Of a stretch of DNA of 64,000 bases, positions 28,620 to 38,787 are shown one piece after another (the stretch's first letter is position 1; every line of letters starts with the position of its first letter). A model generated the notes under the pieces. That model searched no databases. It was not told the origin of the DNA and saw only the letters and a list, made by a program, of their open reading frames with translations. Source of the stretch: an uncultured Candidatus Saccharibacteria bacterium (GTDB lineage: Bacteria > Patescibacteriota > Minisyncoccia > UBA9983); contig CAYTKF010000002.1 in assembly GCA_964438405.1 (NCBI GenBank), positions 12,404-76,403 on the forward strand, written 5' to 3'. The position numbers were made by a program, and so were the translations under genes.

Positions 28620-28690
28620 TTTAAAATAATAATACAGTATTGCTTCGTTTTGCGCAAGAGCACAAAAGAAAACAGCTGTCTTTCGACAGC

Positions 28691-29002
28691 TTAATCATCC
28701 AACAAAGAACTTGGTGTTCTTACGGCTTCGTGCGTTGCACAAAACATATTTTTCAAATGAGCAATATTCGTGCGGTCGTAAATTCCGATTACGCCGAATC
28801 GACAGCCGTATTCGCAGATACGAGATTCAGTGCCGATTTTATATGTTCCTCTTTCAAGGGGGGATCTGAACATCCATACCCCATTTTCCAAATCAACCCT
28901 TTCGACGTGTGCTGGCAGATTATCTATATTTAATTCCTTTAATTTTGTGTAGCAAGTATTACCTGAATAGGATAAAACAACCAAATTTCTTGCGTCGTAC
29001 AT
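28691..29002 (-). CDS. Hypothetical ORFan
   Basis: GGAGGT SD before ATG, TTGACA upstream. Confidence 0.5.
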   Translation of the reverse strand: MYDARNLVVLSYSGNTCYTKLKELNIDNLPAHVERVDLENGVWMFRSPLERGTYKIGTESRICEYGCRFGVIGIYDRTNIAHLKNMFCATHEAVRTPSSLLDD

Positions 29003-29068
29003 TGCGCACCTCCAACGATAAAACTACCAATCCGTCTTCGGTCTGTCAAGCTAAACTGCAAATATCAA

Positions 29069-29102
29069 TTAGTAAAAATAAACGTATGTCTAAATTTACT
29101 AA
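29069..29102. repeat. 34-bp palindromic repeat, copy 1
   Basis: TTAGTAAAAATAAACGTATGTCTAAATTTACTAA; 28/34 identical to 29735-29768. Confidence 0.8.
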
Positions 29103-29106
29103 CAGA

Positions 29107-29706
29107 CTAGATTTTGAAAAAGGTTCTTATTTTGTTTTCGTGGAGTATTTTTTCAACGGTTAGGATTTCTACAAACGGTTCTATTTGAAAAACATTTGCT
29201 ACAAAAAGAATTTCATCTTCGCAGTCGTAAGGATAAACCCAGACGCTTTTCTGTAACTGGAAAAAATTTAAATCTTTTAATTTATTCCTTAAGGCATTTC
29301 GCGCCCTAGTAAACCTATTGGGAATATCAAAAATTACAGCTCGCCATTTTCTATCCCAATGTTTGGGTTGAGAAATAGAAAGGGAGTCAATAGAAAATTC
29401 TTTGATTCTCTTTTTACCCTTATTTGTCAGTTCAATTTTAATTTTGTCATTTTTTTCATAAATAACCTTTATAAAATTTCCTCTTTTGAGGGTATAGAAT
29501 GCCGTATTCAATTCTTTTTTAGAATATTTTTTTGATCTTCTAAAACTCTCGAATGCCTGAAAAACGTTGGGTGCCGTAGCGGCTACAAAAAATATTCCGG
29601 TAATAGCGATTATTACAAGCACTACTTTTGTGGCGGTTGCATATCCACTGTCAGAATTAAGAAAATCCTCAGTTTTCTTTTTTAATAAAGACAAATTATT
29701 TTCCAT
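29107..29706 (-). CDS. PaaX-like protein (wHTH plus Cas2-like ferredoxin fold)
   Basis: LTNKGK, WDRKWRAVIFDIP, RNALRNKLK..FFQLQKSVWVYPY. Confidence 0.85.
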   Translation of the reverse strand: MENNLSLLKKKTEDFLNSDSGYATATKVVLVIIAITGIFFVAATAPNVFQAFESFRRSKKYSKKELNTAFYTLKRGNFIKVIYEKNDKIKIELTNKGKKRIKEFSIDSLSISQPKHWDRKWRAVIFDIPNRFTRARNALRNKLKDLNFFQLQKSVWVYPYDCEDEILFVANVFQIEPFVEILTVEKILHENKIRTFFKI

Positions 29707-29734
29707 AATCTTAATTTTACCTCTTCTATAATTA

Positions 29735-29768
29735 TTTGTAAAATAAAACATATGTCTAAAATTACAAA
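29735..29768. repeat. 34-bp palindromic repeat, copy 2
   Basis: TTTGTAAAATAAAACATATGTCTAAAATTACAAA. Confidence 0.8.
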
Positions 29769-29826
29769 TGAGATAATTCAATTAAATTATTGGTTTTTGT
29801 AAAATTTTGTTTTATAATCTTTTCAT

Positions 29827-30342
29827 ATGCATTACGTTGTTGGTTTGGGAAATCCTGGAGAGGAATATGAATTGACTCGGCATAACACGGGCAGAATTAT
29901 TCTTGCTGATTTTGATGGTGGTAAAAATATTAAAGTTATTTTTCCCGATAATTTTATGAATAATTCCGGTAAGATTTTGAAGCCAATCATCACCTCAAAA
30001 AATAAGGCGCACAATCTTATAGTTGTTCATGATGACTTAGATTTGCCGTTAGGCAAGTTTAAAATTGTTTTTAACCGCGATTCAGCAGGACACAAAGGCG
30101 TGGAGTCAATAATAAAAAATATCAAAACAAAAGAATTTGTAAGAATCAGGGTGGGAATTTCTCCGGTAACGCCAAGCGGTAAAATAAAAAAGCCGGATGC
30201 CAAAAAAGTCATAAACCACATAATTGGCAAATTCAAACCAATAGAATTAAAAACTATAAAAAAACTTTCCAAAAAAATCACCTCGGCAATAGAGATGATA
30301 ATAGACGAAGGTGTTCAAAAGGCGATGAGTATATATAATTAA
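29827..30342 (+). CDS. pth: Peptidyl-tRNA hydrolase
   Basis: VGLGNPG..Y..TRHN.G, FMNNSG, VHDDLD, GHKG. Confidence 0.95.
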   Translation: MHYVVGLGNPGEEYELTRHNTGRIILADFDGGKNIKVIFPDNFMNNSGKILKPIITSKNKAHNLIVVHDDLDLPLGKFKIVFNRDSAGHKGVESIIKNIKTKEFVRIRVGISPVTPSGKIKKPDAKKVINHIIGKFKPIELKTIKKLSKKITSAIEMIIDEGVQKAMSIYN

Positions 30343-30421
30343 AACCCACCCAACCCTCCCTTATCAGGGAGGGAGTTTTATTTTTTCCTCCCCTTGATAA
30401 AGGGGAGGTCAGGTGGGGGTT
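30343..30421. repeat. Composite palindromic element between convergent pth and rpsA (probable terminator)
   Basis: CCCTCCCTTATCAGGGAGGG and CCTCCCCTTGATAAAGGGGAGG inside an outer CCCACC/GGTGGG stem. Confidence 0.75.
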
Positions 30422-31460
30422 ACTCTCCCACGTAATTTAGAATCAGTCTGTGGTCTTTGGGTTCAAAAATTAGAATTTGGAACGGGTAAGTTTTGCCCAG
30501 TTCCAGTTTTTCTTTCATATCTTGTTCTGATTTGAATTTAGAAATATGCACCAGGCCGGCAATGCCTTCCTCAATGCTCACCAGCGCTCCGTGCCTATTG
30601 AATTTTATGACAACGCCCTTAACGATATCCGAGACATGATATTTTTCTTTGACCTCGTTCCATGGATTGGGCTTCAGGCTTTTTATGGAAAGCGATATTT
30701 TGCCGTCGGCAATATTTATAACCTGGGCCGTGATTTTTTGCCCCACCTTAAACATATCTGACGGATTTTCAACCAATGACCAGTCCAATTCCGAAATATG
30801 CACCAGCCCCTCCAAACTCTCTGCAATTTTTACAAAAACCCCGAAATCAACAACGCCCGTGATATCTCCCTCAACAATATCTCCAATTTTGTATTTGGAA
30901 ACTATTTCTTTCATTTCCTCCATATCAGTGTCTTTTTCCGAAAAAATTAATTTTTTTTCTTTTTGATTGACCGCGATAATCACAACCTTAATTTTTTCCC
31001 CCATCATTTTTTTAAGTTCCTCTTCAACTTTTTCTTTGTCGCCGTCCTGCACTCGCGGATGATGTTCTGCCTTAAGCTGGGAGGCGGGGAGAAAACCCTG
31101 TATGGCCTTCCATTCCAAAATCAAACCACCCTTGTTCGCTCCCATAATGGGGAGGGTGAGATGAGTTTTTTCTTTTTGTAAATCTTCGGCCTCGCGCCAG
31201 ACAATTTCTTTTTTTGCCTCGCGCAAAGAAAGGGAGACGTAGCCGTCCTCATTTTCCAGTTCCAGAATCTTGGCAATTATTTTGTCACCCGGCTTCAGTG
31301 ATTTTATTATATCTTTGGCATTATTAAATTCCCGGCCGTAAATTATGCCGGTTCTGAAGGGTGATAAATCAACAAAAAGCATCGAACCTTCCTGTATTAT
31401 AACCTCGCCCTCTATCAAATCTTCAATCCTTGGCAGAGTGATAACCATTTCTTTATCCAT
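30420..31460 (-). CDS. rpsA: 30S ribosomal protein S1 (4 S1 domains)
   Basis: GFLPASQL, FGVFV..EGLVHISEL, repeated S1 motifs. Confidence 0.88.
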   Translation of the reverse strand: MDKEMVITLPRIEDLIEGEVIIQEGSMLFVDLSPFRTGIIYGREFNNAKDIIKSLKPGDKIIAKILELENEDGYVSLSLREAKKEIVWREAEDLQKEKTHLTLPIMGANKGGLILEWKAIQGFLPASQLKAEHHPRVQDGDKEKVEEELKKMMGEKIKVVIIAVNQKEKKLIFSEKDTDMEEMKEIVSKYKIGDIVEGDITGVVDFGVFVKIAESLEGLVHISELDWSLVENPSDMFKVGQKITAQVINIADGKISLSIKSLKPNPWNEVKEKYHVSDIVKGVVIKFNRHGALVSIEEGIAGLVHISKFKSEQDMKEKLELGKTYPFQILIFEPKDHRLILNYVGE

Positions 31461-31516
31461 GTTTTTTAAGTATATAGATAAAACAAATTTTTGCAAGAAT
31501 ATGTTAGAATATTATT

Positions 31517-32383
31517 ATGGCCATAGAAATTAAGGAAAACGAAATATTGGCCAACCATTCCACGTTTAAAATCGGCGGGCCAGCGAGGTATTTTACGACT
31601 GTTAAAAATAAAGAAGAAATTATAGAGGCCTTAAATTTTGCTAAAGATAAAAATTTGTCATATTTTGTGATTGGATGTGGAAGCAATATATTATTTAACG
31701 ATAAAGGATTTGATGGACTAATAATAAAAATTCAAATTTCAAGTTTTAAGATTCAGAATTCTATTATCACTGCCGGTTCCGGTTTTTTACTCAGCCAGCT
31801 ACTGAATTTCTGCATTCAAAATAATTTGTCAGGTCTGGAATGGGCTGTCGGCATTCCCGGAACAATCGGCGGAGCAATTGCGGACAACTGCGGAGCTTAC
31901 CTCAAAAGCATTTCCGAATCGGTTTTAAATGTTCTAGTTTTAGACAAAAATGGCAATACAAAAAATTATAATAGAGAAGAATGCAAATTTATTTACCGCG
32001 GAAGCAGGTTTAAAAGTTTAGATAATAAAGAAATTATTTTAGAAGCGGAATTTTCTTTTGAAAAAAGCGACAGAGACGTAAAAGAAAAAGTCAAAAATAT
32101 TTTGGAACAGAGAAAAGGAAAAATTCCTAGCCTTTCGTCTGTCGGATGCATATTTAAAAACGACAAAGAAAAGGCAGTAATTGCAGGCAAACTTATAGAA
32201 CAATGCGGATTGGCCGGCCATACCATTGGTCATGCCCAAATATCTGAATTACATACAAATATCATTGTAAATCTGGGCGGAGCAACGTCAAAAGACGTAC
32301 TGGAGCTTATCAGCCTTTGCAAGCAAAAAGTCAGGGAAAAGTTTAATGTGGAGCTTGAAGAAGAGGTGGTAATAATGCTATAA
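31517..32383 (+). CDS. murB: UDP-N-acetylmuramate dehydrogenase
   Basis: TFKIGGPA, GSNIL, GIPGTIGGA, SVGCIFKN. Confidence 0.93.
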   Translation: MAIEIKENEILANHSTFKIGGPARYFTTVKNKEEIIEALNFAKDKNLSYFVIGCGSNILFNDKGFDGLIIKIQISSFKIQNSIITAGSGFLLSQLLNFCIQNNLSGLEWAVGIPGTIGGAIADNCGAYLKSISESVLNVLVLDKNGNTKNYNREECKFIYRGSRFKSLDNKEIILEAEFSFEKSDRDVKEKVKNILEQRKGKIPSLSSVGCIFKNDKEKAVIAGKLIEQCGLAGHTIGHAQISELHTNIIVNLGGATSKDVLELISLCKQKVREKFNVELEEEVVIML

Positions 32384-32390
32384 TTAATTC

Positions 32391-32996
32391 ATGGTTATCA
32401 CTTATTACGGAGCGGCGTGTTTTAGGGTGCAGTCTGGCGAGACTGTGCTTGTTTTTAACCCGCCGTCAAAAGATTCTGCTTTTAAATCCCCGCGTTTTCA
32501 GGCAAACATGGTTTTAATCAGTAAGAATGATAAGGATTTTAACGGCGCTGAAAGCATAGGCTCCAAAGACGAGGGCAAGCAAATTCTGGCCATAACCGGA
32601 CCGGGAGAATATGAATCCGGAGGCATACATATAAAAGGAATTTTAAATTCCGATAATTCCAACACGGTTTACACACTTGAGTTTGAGGATATAAAAATTT
32701 GCCACCTAGGCGCATTTGATGAAAAAGATTTGAAACCGGAGATGAAGGAAGAAGTCGGCGAAGTGGATATTTTATTCGCGCCGATTTCTGAAGATGACGG
32801 AGAAAGAGCGGGCAAGCTTATTGCCCAACTGGAGCCCAAAATTGCCATTCCCATGCATTTTAAAGAGGGAGCCCTTAAAAAATTTTTAAAAGAGGTTGGG
32901 GAATCGGGAATCCAACCAATGGATAAATTAACCATTAAGAAAAAAGAAATGAGCGACCAGAAAACGCGCGTGGTCGTTCTTTCACCAATGCTGTAA
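32391..32996 (+). CDS. MBL-fold (Lactamase_B_3-like) protein with degenerate metal motif
   Basis: ITYYGAACF, GPGEYE, HLG, IPMH. Confidence 0.75.
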   Translation: MVITYYGAACFRVQSGETVLVFNPPSKDSAFKSPRFQANMVLISKNDKDFNGAESIGSKDEGKQILAITGPGEYESGGIHIKGILNSDNSNTVYTLEFEDIKICHLGAFDEKDLKPEMKEEVGEVDILFAPISEDDGERAGKLIAQLEPKIAIPMHFKEGALKKFLKEVGESGIQPMDKLTIKKKEMSDQKTRVVVLSPML

Positions 32997-33000
32997 TTTT

Positions 33001-33270
33001 ATGTCCTTAATGAGAAGACTTGAAAATTTACAGAAAAAGCCCGAATCAATAAGGAGGCGGGTTTTATTTGTAAGCGTGGCAGTGATAATGTTTATTGTTA
33101 TTGTTATCTGGATTTCTACTTTTAAAATTTCTCTTAAGCCGGCAGAAGAGGCAGAAGCTGATTTCACTCCCTTTAAAATTTTTATAGACGTTGCAAAAGA
33201 CGGCTATAACGTTTCCATTGGAAGCGTTAAGACCGTGTTCGACCAAATAATGAAAATAAAAAATGAGTGA
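33001..33270 (+). CDS. Small membrane protein (hypothetical)
   Basis: [11 protein letters not shown] plus one TM segment. Confidence 0.65.
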   Translation: MSLMRRLENLQKKPESIRRRVLFVSVAVIMFIVIVIWISTFKISLKPAEEAEADFTPFKIFIDVAKDGYNVSIGSVKTVFDQIMKIKNE

Positions 33271-35701
33271 TAAAGACAAAAAAATAATTCCGGCTGAGAT
33301 AAGCAGGGAGATGCGCGCGTCTTATCTTGACTATGCCATGTCCGTGATTGTTTCGCGCGCTCTGCCTGATGTTCGGGACGGACTCAAACCTGTCCATCGC
33401 AGAATCCTTTATTCTATGCACGAACTAGGGCTTGACCATTCAGCGAAATTTCGGAAGTCAGCATTAATTGTCGGAGATACACTCGGAAAATATCATCCCC
33501 ATGGCGACGTTGCCGTTTACGACACCATGGCCAGAATGGCACAGGATTTTTTGATGAGGTATCCGCTTGTTGATGGTCAGGGCAATTGGGGTTCTGTTGA
33601 CGGCGACTCGCCAGCTGCCATGCGTTACACAGAGGCAAAAATGACTTCCATCGCCGGCGAAATGCTCAGGGATATAGAAAAAGAAACAGTTGATTTCCGT
33701 CCCAATTACGACAATCGCCTTAAAGAGCCAGTGGTTTTACCCAGTCGCATCCCCAATCTTCTTATAAATGGTTCTTTGGGTATTGCCGTTGGTATGGCCA
33801 CAAATATTCCTCCGCACAATCTGACTGAAGTTGTGGATGCCACTAGCTATCTCATAGATAATCCCAAGGCAGATACAGAAGATTTGATGCAGTTTATAAA
33901 GGGACCGGATTTTCCCACCGGTGGTTTAATTTTTAATAATAATGATATCCAACAGGCCTATGCAACAGGCAGAGGCGGAGTGGTCACGCGCGGCGAGGCG
34001 GAAATTGTGGAAAAGAAAACAGGCAACTTTCAGATTTTAATTTCGTCAATTCCTTATCAGGTTAATAAATCAGAATTAATTATGGGAATGGCAGAATTGG
34101 TGCACGAAAAAAAAATAGAAGGTATAAAAGATATCCGCGACGAATCAGACAGAGAGGGTTTGCAGATTGCCATTGATTTGAAACAAGGTATAAACCCGCA
34201 GAAAATTTTAAATAATTTATACAAACACACTGCTTTAGAGCGCACTTATCATTTTAATATGATTGCCTTGATTGACGGAGGCATCCAGCCCCAGGTTCTG
34301 CGCCTGGAGGATATTCTTAAGAATTTTATAGAACACAGGAGAATTGTTGTGGAGCGCAGGGCCAAGTTTGAGCTTAACCGCGCCCTGGAGCGCGCGCATA
34401 TTTTGGAAGGGCTCAAAAAAGCGCTTGACCACATTGACGCCATCATAAAAATAATTAAGGCATCAGCAGATAAGGAAGTCGCGCATAAGAACCTGATGAA
34501 AAAGTTTGATTTCTCTGACGCACAGGCAACAGCCATTTTAGAAATGAAATTGCAGACACTGGCTGGTCTTGAAAGACAAAAAATAGAAAATGAACTGGAA
34601 GAAAAAATAAAACTCATAAAAGAATTGCGTGTGCTTCTCGCAGACCCGAAGAAAATTTTAAAAGTCATCAAAGACGAGCTGCTTGAAATTAAAAATAAAT
34701 ACGGAGATGAAAGGAAGACAAAGATTATGGCCCGGGCTGCCAAGGTGATGTCAAATGATGATTTGGTGCCGGAAAAAGAACAGGTAATGACTTTAACCTC
34801 AGGCGGATATATCAAGCGCACAGATCCCGAGGCATATAAGGCGCAGAAGCGTGGCGGCATTGGAGTTATTGACATGGATACCAAAGAAGAGGATTTTGTA
34901 AATATTTTTGTCACCGCAAACACGCATGATGATTTATTGTTTTTTACAGACAAAGGAAAGGCCTATCAGATAAAAATGTATGATTTGCCGGAAGGCAAAC
35001 GTGCGACCAAAGGCAAATCAATTGTTAATTTTCTTTCCACAACCGGCGAGGAAAAAGTTACATCTGTTTTAGTATTTCCCAAGTCGGCAAAAGAAATGCC
35101 TGGTTCGCTTGCAATGGTTACAAAAAATGGTGTTGTTAAAAAGGTTGATGTTTCGAGTTTTAAGGAAGTGAGGCGCAATGGAATCATCGCCATAAAACTT
35201 TCCAAGGACGATGAACTCAAATTCAGTTTTTTGGTGAATAAGAGCGAGAATATAATTTTGGCCAGCAAACGTGGCCAGTCAATAATGTTTAAAGAATCTG
35301 ATGTGCGCGCAATGGGAAGATCTGCCGGCGGAGTCCGGGCAATAAGATTAAAAACAGATGAATTAGTGGGCGCAGGTGCGGCCAATCCCAAAGACAAAGA
35401 GCAGCATTTCTTGACTATGAGCAAAAAAGGATTTGGCAAAAAAACCAGCATCAAGGGTTACCGTTTGCAGAAACGCGGCGGTTCGGGAATTAAAACAGCA
35501 AAAATTACGGAAAAGACCGGCCCGCTAATGATTGCCAAAGTTGTTGACCCGGAGTCGCAAGAAATTATAGCCATCTCTCAAAAAGGACAGGTGATAAGAA
35601 CAACTATGAACAGCATTCCAATTTTGGGCAGACAGACCCAGGGCGTTAGAATAATGAAATTAAAAGCAGGGGATTCAATCGCCTCATTAACATGCTTGTA
35701 A
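33263..35701 (+). CDS. gyrA: DNA gyrase subunit A
   Basis: [29 protein letters not shown], GyrA box QKRGGIG. Confidence 0.97.
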   Translation: MSDKDKKIIPAEISREMRASYLDYAMSVIVSRALPDVRDGLKPVHRRILYSMHELGLDHSAKFRKSALIVGDTLGKYHPHGDVAVYDTMARMAQDFLMRYPLVDGQGNWGSVDGDSPAAMRYTEAKMTSIAGEMLRDIEKETVDFRPNYDNRLKEPVVLPSRIPNLLINGSLGIAVGMATNIPPHNLTEVVDATSYLIDNPKADTEDLMQFIKGPDFPTGGLIFNNNDIQQAYATGRGGVVTRGEAEIVEKKTGNFQILISSIPYQVNKSELIMGMAELVHEKKIEGIKDIRDESDREGLQIAIDLKQGINPQKILNNLYKHTALERTYHFNMIALIDGGIQPQVLRLEDILKNFIEHRRIVVERRAKFELNRALERAHILEGLKKALDHIDAIIKIIKASADKEVAHKNLMKKFDFSDAQATAILEMKLQTLAGLERQKIENELEEKIKLIKELRVLLADPKKILKVIKDELLEIKNKYGDERKTKIMARAAKVMSNDDLVPEKEQVMTLTSGGYIKRTDPEAYKAQKRGGIGVIDMDTKEEDFVNIFVTANTHDDLLFFTDKGKAYQIKMYDLPEGKRATKGKSIVNFLSTTGEEKVTSVLVFPKSAKEMPGSLAMVTKNGVVKKVDVSSFKEVRRNGIIAIKLSKDDELKFSFLVNKSENIILASKRGQSIMFKESDVRAMGRSAGGVRAIRLKTDELVGAGAANPKDKEQHFLTMSKKGFGKKTSIKGYRLQKRGGSGIKTAKITEKTGPLMIAKVVDPESQEIIAISQKGQVIRTTMNSIPILGRQTQGVRIMKLKAGDSIASLTCL

Positions 35702-35726
35702 ATTTAAATTGTGGTAAAATAAAAGT

Positions 35727-36266
35727 GTGTTTGTCAGACCTGAGGAAGTTATAAAAAATTTTGGACTTGAACCGGGAATGATGGTGGCTGATTTTGGCTG
35801 CGGTCTCGGCCATTATTCTCTTGCCGCGGCAAAAAGAGTTGCTCCAAACGGCGTTGTCTATGCAATTGACGTGCAAAAAGAACTGCTTCAATCGGTAAAA
35901 TCTCAGGCTGAGCTGGACCAGATTAAAAATCTCCAGATAATCTGGGCTGACCTTGAAGTTCCCAATGGCTCCCGTCTCAATGTCGGCGCCCTTGATTTTA
36001 TTATCATCTCCAATATCTTATTTCAGGCTCAACACAGGGAACAGCTTGCAAAAGAGGCTTTCAGAATTTTAAAAGACGGCGGGAAAACTGGTATAATAGA
36101 ATGGGAACCGTATCAGAAAGATTTGGCTCTTAAGGCTGGTCCCCCTCCGGAAAAAAGAATTTCCCAAGAGGAAATAAAAAAAATATTTATGGCAAACGGT
36201 TTCAAAATTGATAAAGAATTTGTTCCCGGAGACGACCATTACGGATTAATATTTCGTAAAGCATGA
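35727..36266 (+). CDS. Class I SAM-dependent methyltransferase
   Basis: VADFGCGLG, YAIDVQ, RILKDGG. Confidence 0.88.
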   Translation: MFVRPEEVIKNFGLEPGMMVADFGCGLGHYSLAAAKRVAPNGVVYAIDVQKELLQSVKSQAELDQIKNLQIIWADLEVPNGSRLNVGALDFIIISNILFQAQHREQLAKEAFRILKDGGKTGIIEWEPYQKDLALKAGPPPEKRISQEEIKKIFMANGFKIDKEFVPGDDHYGLIFRKA

Positions 36267-37582
36267 GCAAACTTCAGATAATTTTAATCGCCGTATTTTC
36301 AATAGTCGCGCTTATAGCAGTTTTAATGTTTGCTGGTTTGATACCCGGTTTTAAGGGCGGGGGCGGACAGATAACAGGTGCGGCAGTAACAATGTGGGGG
36401 ATATTTCCACAGCAACAGATGACACAACTTGTTCAAACCCTAAACGAAAACAACAAAGCCCTTTTTCAGCTTTCTTACAAAGAGCAGAAACTAGTTGATT
36501 ATAGAGATACGCTTTTAAATGCCATGGCCTCAGGCAACGGTCCTGATATTTGGATGATGACGCAGGATATCATAATAAGCGATAAATCAAAAGTTTATCT
36601 TATACCATTTCAATCCATCAATGAAAGAGATTTTAAAGATACTTTTATAGATGAAGGGGAATTATTTTTTAATTATCAGAAAGATGTTTCCAATAATACG
36701 ACAAAAAGCATAATCGGACTGCCTTTGGCCATAGACCCGATTGTCCTTTTTTGGAACAAGGATATTTTTTCTTCCAACGGCGTCAGCCAGCCCCCGAAGA
36801 CATGGGATGAATTTATGACAGATGTTCAGACATTCACTCAAAAAGACGAGGCCGGAAATATAATTACGGCCGGTACTGCAATGGGCAAATTTTCCAACAT
36901 CAAGAACGCAAAATATATTCTTTCTATGCTTATACTTCAAGGCGGAAATGAAATAATAGAGCCGGATACAATGGATGTTGTTTTGGGAGAAAAGGGAAAT
37001 AATCTCATTGACCCAGCAGAAAGCGCCCTAAGGTTTTTTAACGAATTTTCCAATCCCAATAAAATTTCTTACACCTGGAACGAAGCCTTGCCTTCCTCTG
37101 AAACAATGTTTTCCAACGGCTCTTTGGCAATGTATTTCGGTTTTGCCAGCGAAATGGATACCATAAAACAAAAAAATCCCCATCTTAATTTTGACATCAC
37201 AGAAGTTCCGCAGATAAAAGATAGTAAAAACAAAACAACATTTGGAAAAATTTACGGCTTAGTTATTTCCAAGTCCTCTAAAAATTTACAGGCGTCGTTC
37301 TCCGCAATCGCGGCAATGGCCAATGCTGATTTTGAGCGGCAATTTTCAAATGCATTTAATCTTGGTCCAGCAAGAAGAGATATATTGGCGGAAAAAGCAA
37401 CCAGCCCGTTTTTATCCGTTGTCTACAAGTCATCAATAATGTCCAAGGCGTGGCTGGAACCGGACCCGGCGCAAGTTTCAGCCATTTTTAAAAATATGGT
37501 AGAATCAACAGCATCAGGCAGGACAAATTTTTCCGATGCCATCAGCAATGCAAAAAGACAGATAGAACAGTTGTTGAGGTAA
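36263..37582 (+). CDS. Extracellular solute-binding protein (family 1)
   Basis: ASGNGPDI, LFWNKDIF, PPKTWDEF. Confidence 0.85.
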   Translation: MSKLQIILIAVFSIVALIAVLMFAGLIPGFKGGGGQITGAAVTMWGIFPQQQMTQLVQTLNENNKALFQLSYKEQKLVDYRDTLLNAMASGNGPDIWMMTQDIIISDKSKVYLIPFQSINERDFKDTFIDEGELFFNYQKDVSNNTTKSIIGLPLAIDPIVLFWNKDIFSSNGVSQPPKTWDEFMTDVQTFTQKDEAGNIITAGTAMGKFSNIKNAKYILSMLILQGGNEIIEPDTMDVVLGEKGNNLIDPAESALRFFNEFSNPNKISYTWNEALPSSETMFSNGSLAMYFGFASEMDTIKQKNPHLNFDITEVPQIKDSKNKTTFGKIYGLVISKSSKNLQASFSAIAAMANADFERQFSNAFNLGPARRDILAEKATSPFLSVVYKSSIMSKAWLEPDPAQVSAIFKNMVESTASGRTNFSDAISNAKRQIEQLLR

Positions 37583-37596
37583 ATTAAAAACGTAAA

Positions 37597-38031
37597 ATGA
37601 AAAATGCAAAATTAAAATCTAAAATTCAAAATTGTTTTAAGTTTTTAGTTGTCGTTTTTAGTTTTTCATTTTTACTTTTAAATTTGAGCTTCGTTCACGC
37701 TGCTGCTCTTGTTCCCTGTGGAACAAAAGATAACCCTACTGCCTGCACCATCTGCGATCTCTTTAAGCTTGTCAAAAATATTGTTAATTTTCTTACCATT
37801 GATATTGCTACGCCATTGGCAATTATTATTTTGATTTACGGTGGAGTGAAATTGATAACTGCCGGCGGGTCAGAAGAAAAAGTAAAACAGGGCCAGACAG
37901 CAGTGAGAAGGGCGGCTTACGGCTTATTGTTTGTTTTCGGCGCCTGGCTCATAGTAAATACTCTTTTGACCTGGGTTGGAAACAGCGATTTATTAAAGTC
38001 TTATTGGCCAGGACTTAGTGGCTGTGTATAA
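37597..38031 (+). CDS. CPR-type pilin (VirB2/TrbC-like); N-terminus encoded by a heptamer inverted repeat
   Basis: LVPCG..CTICDL, YGG..ITAGGSEEKV..G. Confidence 0.75.
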   Translation: MKNAKLKSKIQNCFKFLVVVFSFSFLLLNLSFVHAAALVPCGTKDNPTACTICDLFKLVKNIVNFLTIDIATPLAIIILIYGGVKLITAGGSEEKVKQGQTAVRRAAYGLLFVFGAWLIVNTLLTWVGNSDLLKSYWPGLSGCV

Positions 38032-38072
38032 AATTTTTGATGAATAAAAATATTTTGGTATAATAAATAAAG

Positions 38073-38423
38073 ATGGGCAATAAAATTAAAAAAATATTTT
38101 TCTGGATAGGGGTGAATATGATTTTAATCAGGCCAGCAATGGCCAGCACTTGCGTCAGCGGAGGCGGGCTTACTAATCCGTTAAATTCCTGTTCTTTTGC
38201 AGAATTAGTTACAACCATTGCCAATTTGGCAATGAAAATCGGCATTCCCATTGCAGCCATATTTATAATTTACGCTGGCTTGCAATTTGTCACAGCCAGG
38301 GGAAACGAAGAAAAATTAAAATCAGCAAAGACAAATTTTTACTGGGCAATGATAGGCACAGCCATACTTTTGGGAGCAAATGTCATTGCCACAGCAATAT
38401 CAGAAACAATCAAAGGGTTTTAA
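38073..38423 (+). CDS. CPR-type pilin (VirB2/TrbC-like)
   Basis: LTNPL, IIYAGLQFVTARGNEEKL..AK..WAMIG. Confidence 0.8.
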   Translation: MGNKIKKIFFWIGVNMILIRPAMASTCVSGGGLTNPLNSCSFAELVTTIANLAMKIGIPIAAIFIIYAGLQFVTARGNEEKLKSAKTNFYWAMIGTAILLGANVIATAISETIKGF

Positions 38424-38460
38424 AATTATTCACCTTGTCAAATAATTTTAAATTTCTGGA

Positions 38461-38727
38461 ATGCAATATTATTATACATATATACTAAAATCAGAGAAGG
38501 ATGGTAAATTATATACTGGATATACAAAAAATTTAAAATTAAGATTTGAGCAACATATTAAAGGATTAATAGAATCAACCAAAAACAGGAAGCCATTAAA
38601 ATTAATATATTATGAAGCATGTTTAAATCAGCAAGATGCCACGAAGAGAGAAAAGTACTTAAAGACATATTTAGGAAAAATGTTTTTAAGAAACAGGCTT
38701 GCTAGGTGGATTTCACAAAGTGATTAA
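38461..38727 (+). CDS. GIY-YIG nuclease family protein (C-terminus altered by a hairpin insertion)
   Basis: YYTYILKS..LYTGYT..L..RF..H, YYEAC..A..RE.YLK. Confidence 0.88.
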   Translation: MQYYYTYILKSEKDGKLYTGYTKNLKLRFEQHIKGLIESTKNRKPLKLIYYEACLNQQDATKREKYLKTYLGKMFLRNRLARWISQSD

Positions 38728-38787
38728 TCTACGATAGCTCAAATCTTATTTAACAGGGTAAAGGTCGAAAAATAAAACATAAAATTT

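Noticed and set aside
29107-29781. CRISPR-Cas locus (Cas2-like protein)
   Set aside because: No repeat-spacer array or cas1 in the window; the protein fits the PaaX-like family
34249-35454. Long antisense ORFs opposite gyrA (similar cases at valS, polX, SPFH)
   Set aside because: Shadow frames of well-supported genes with no motifs or start signals
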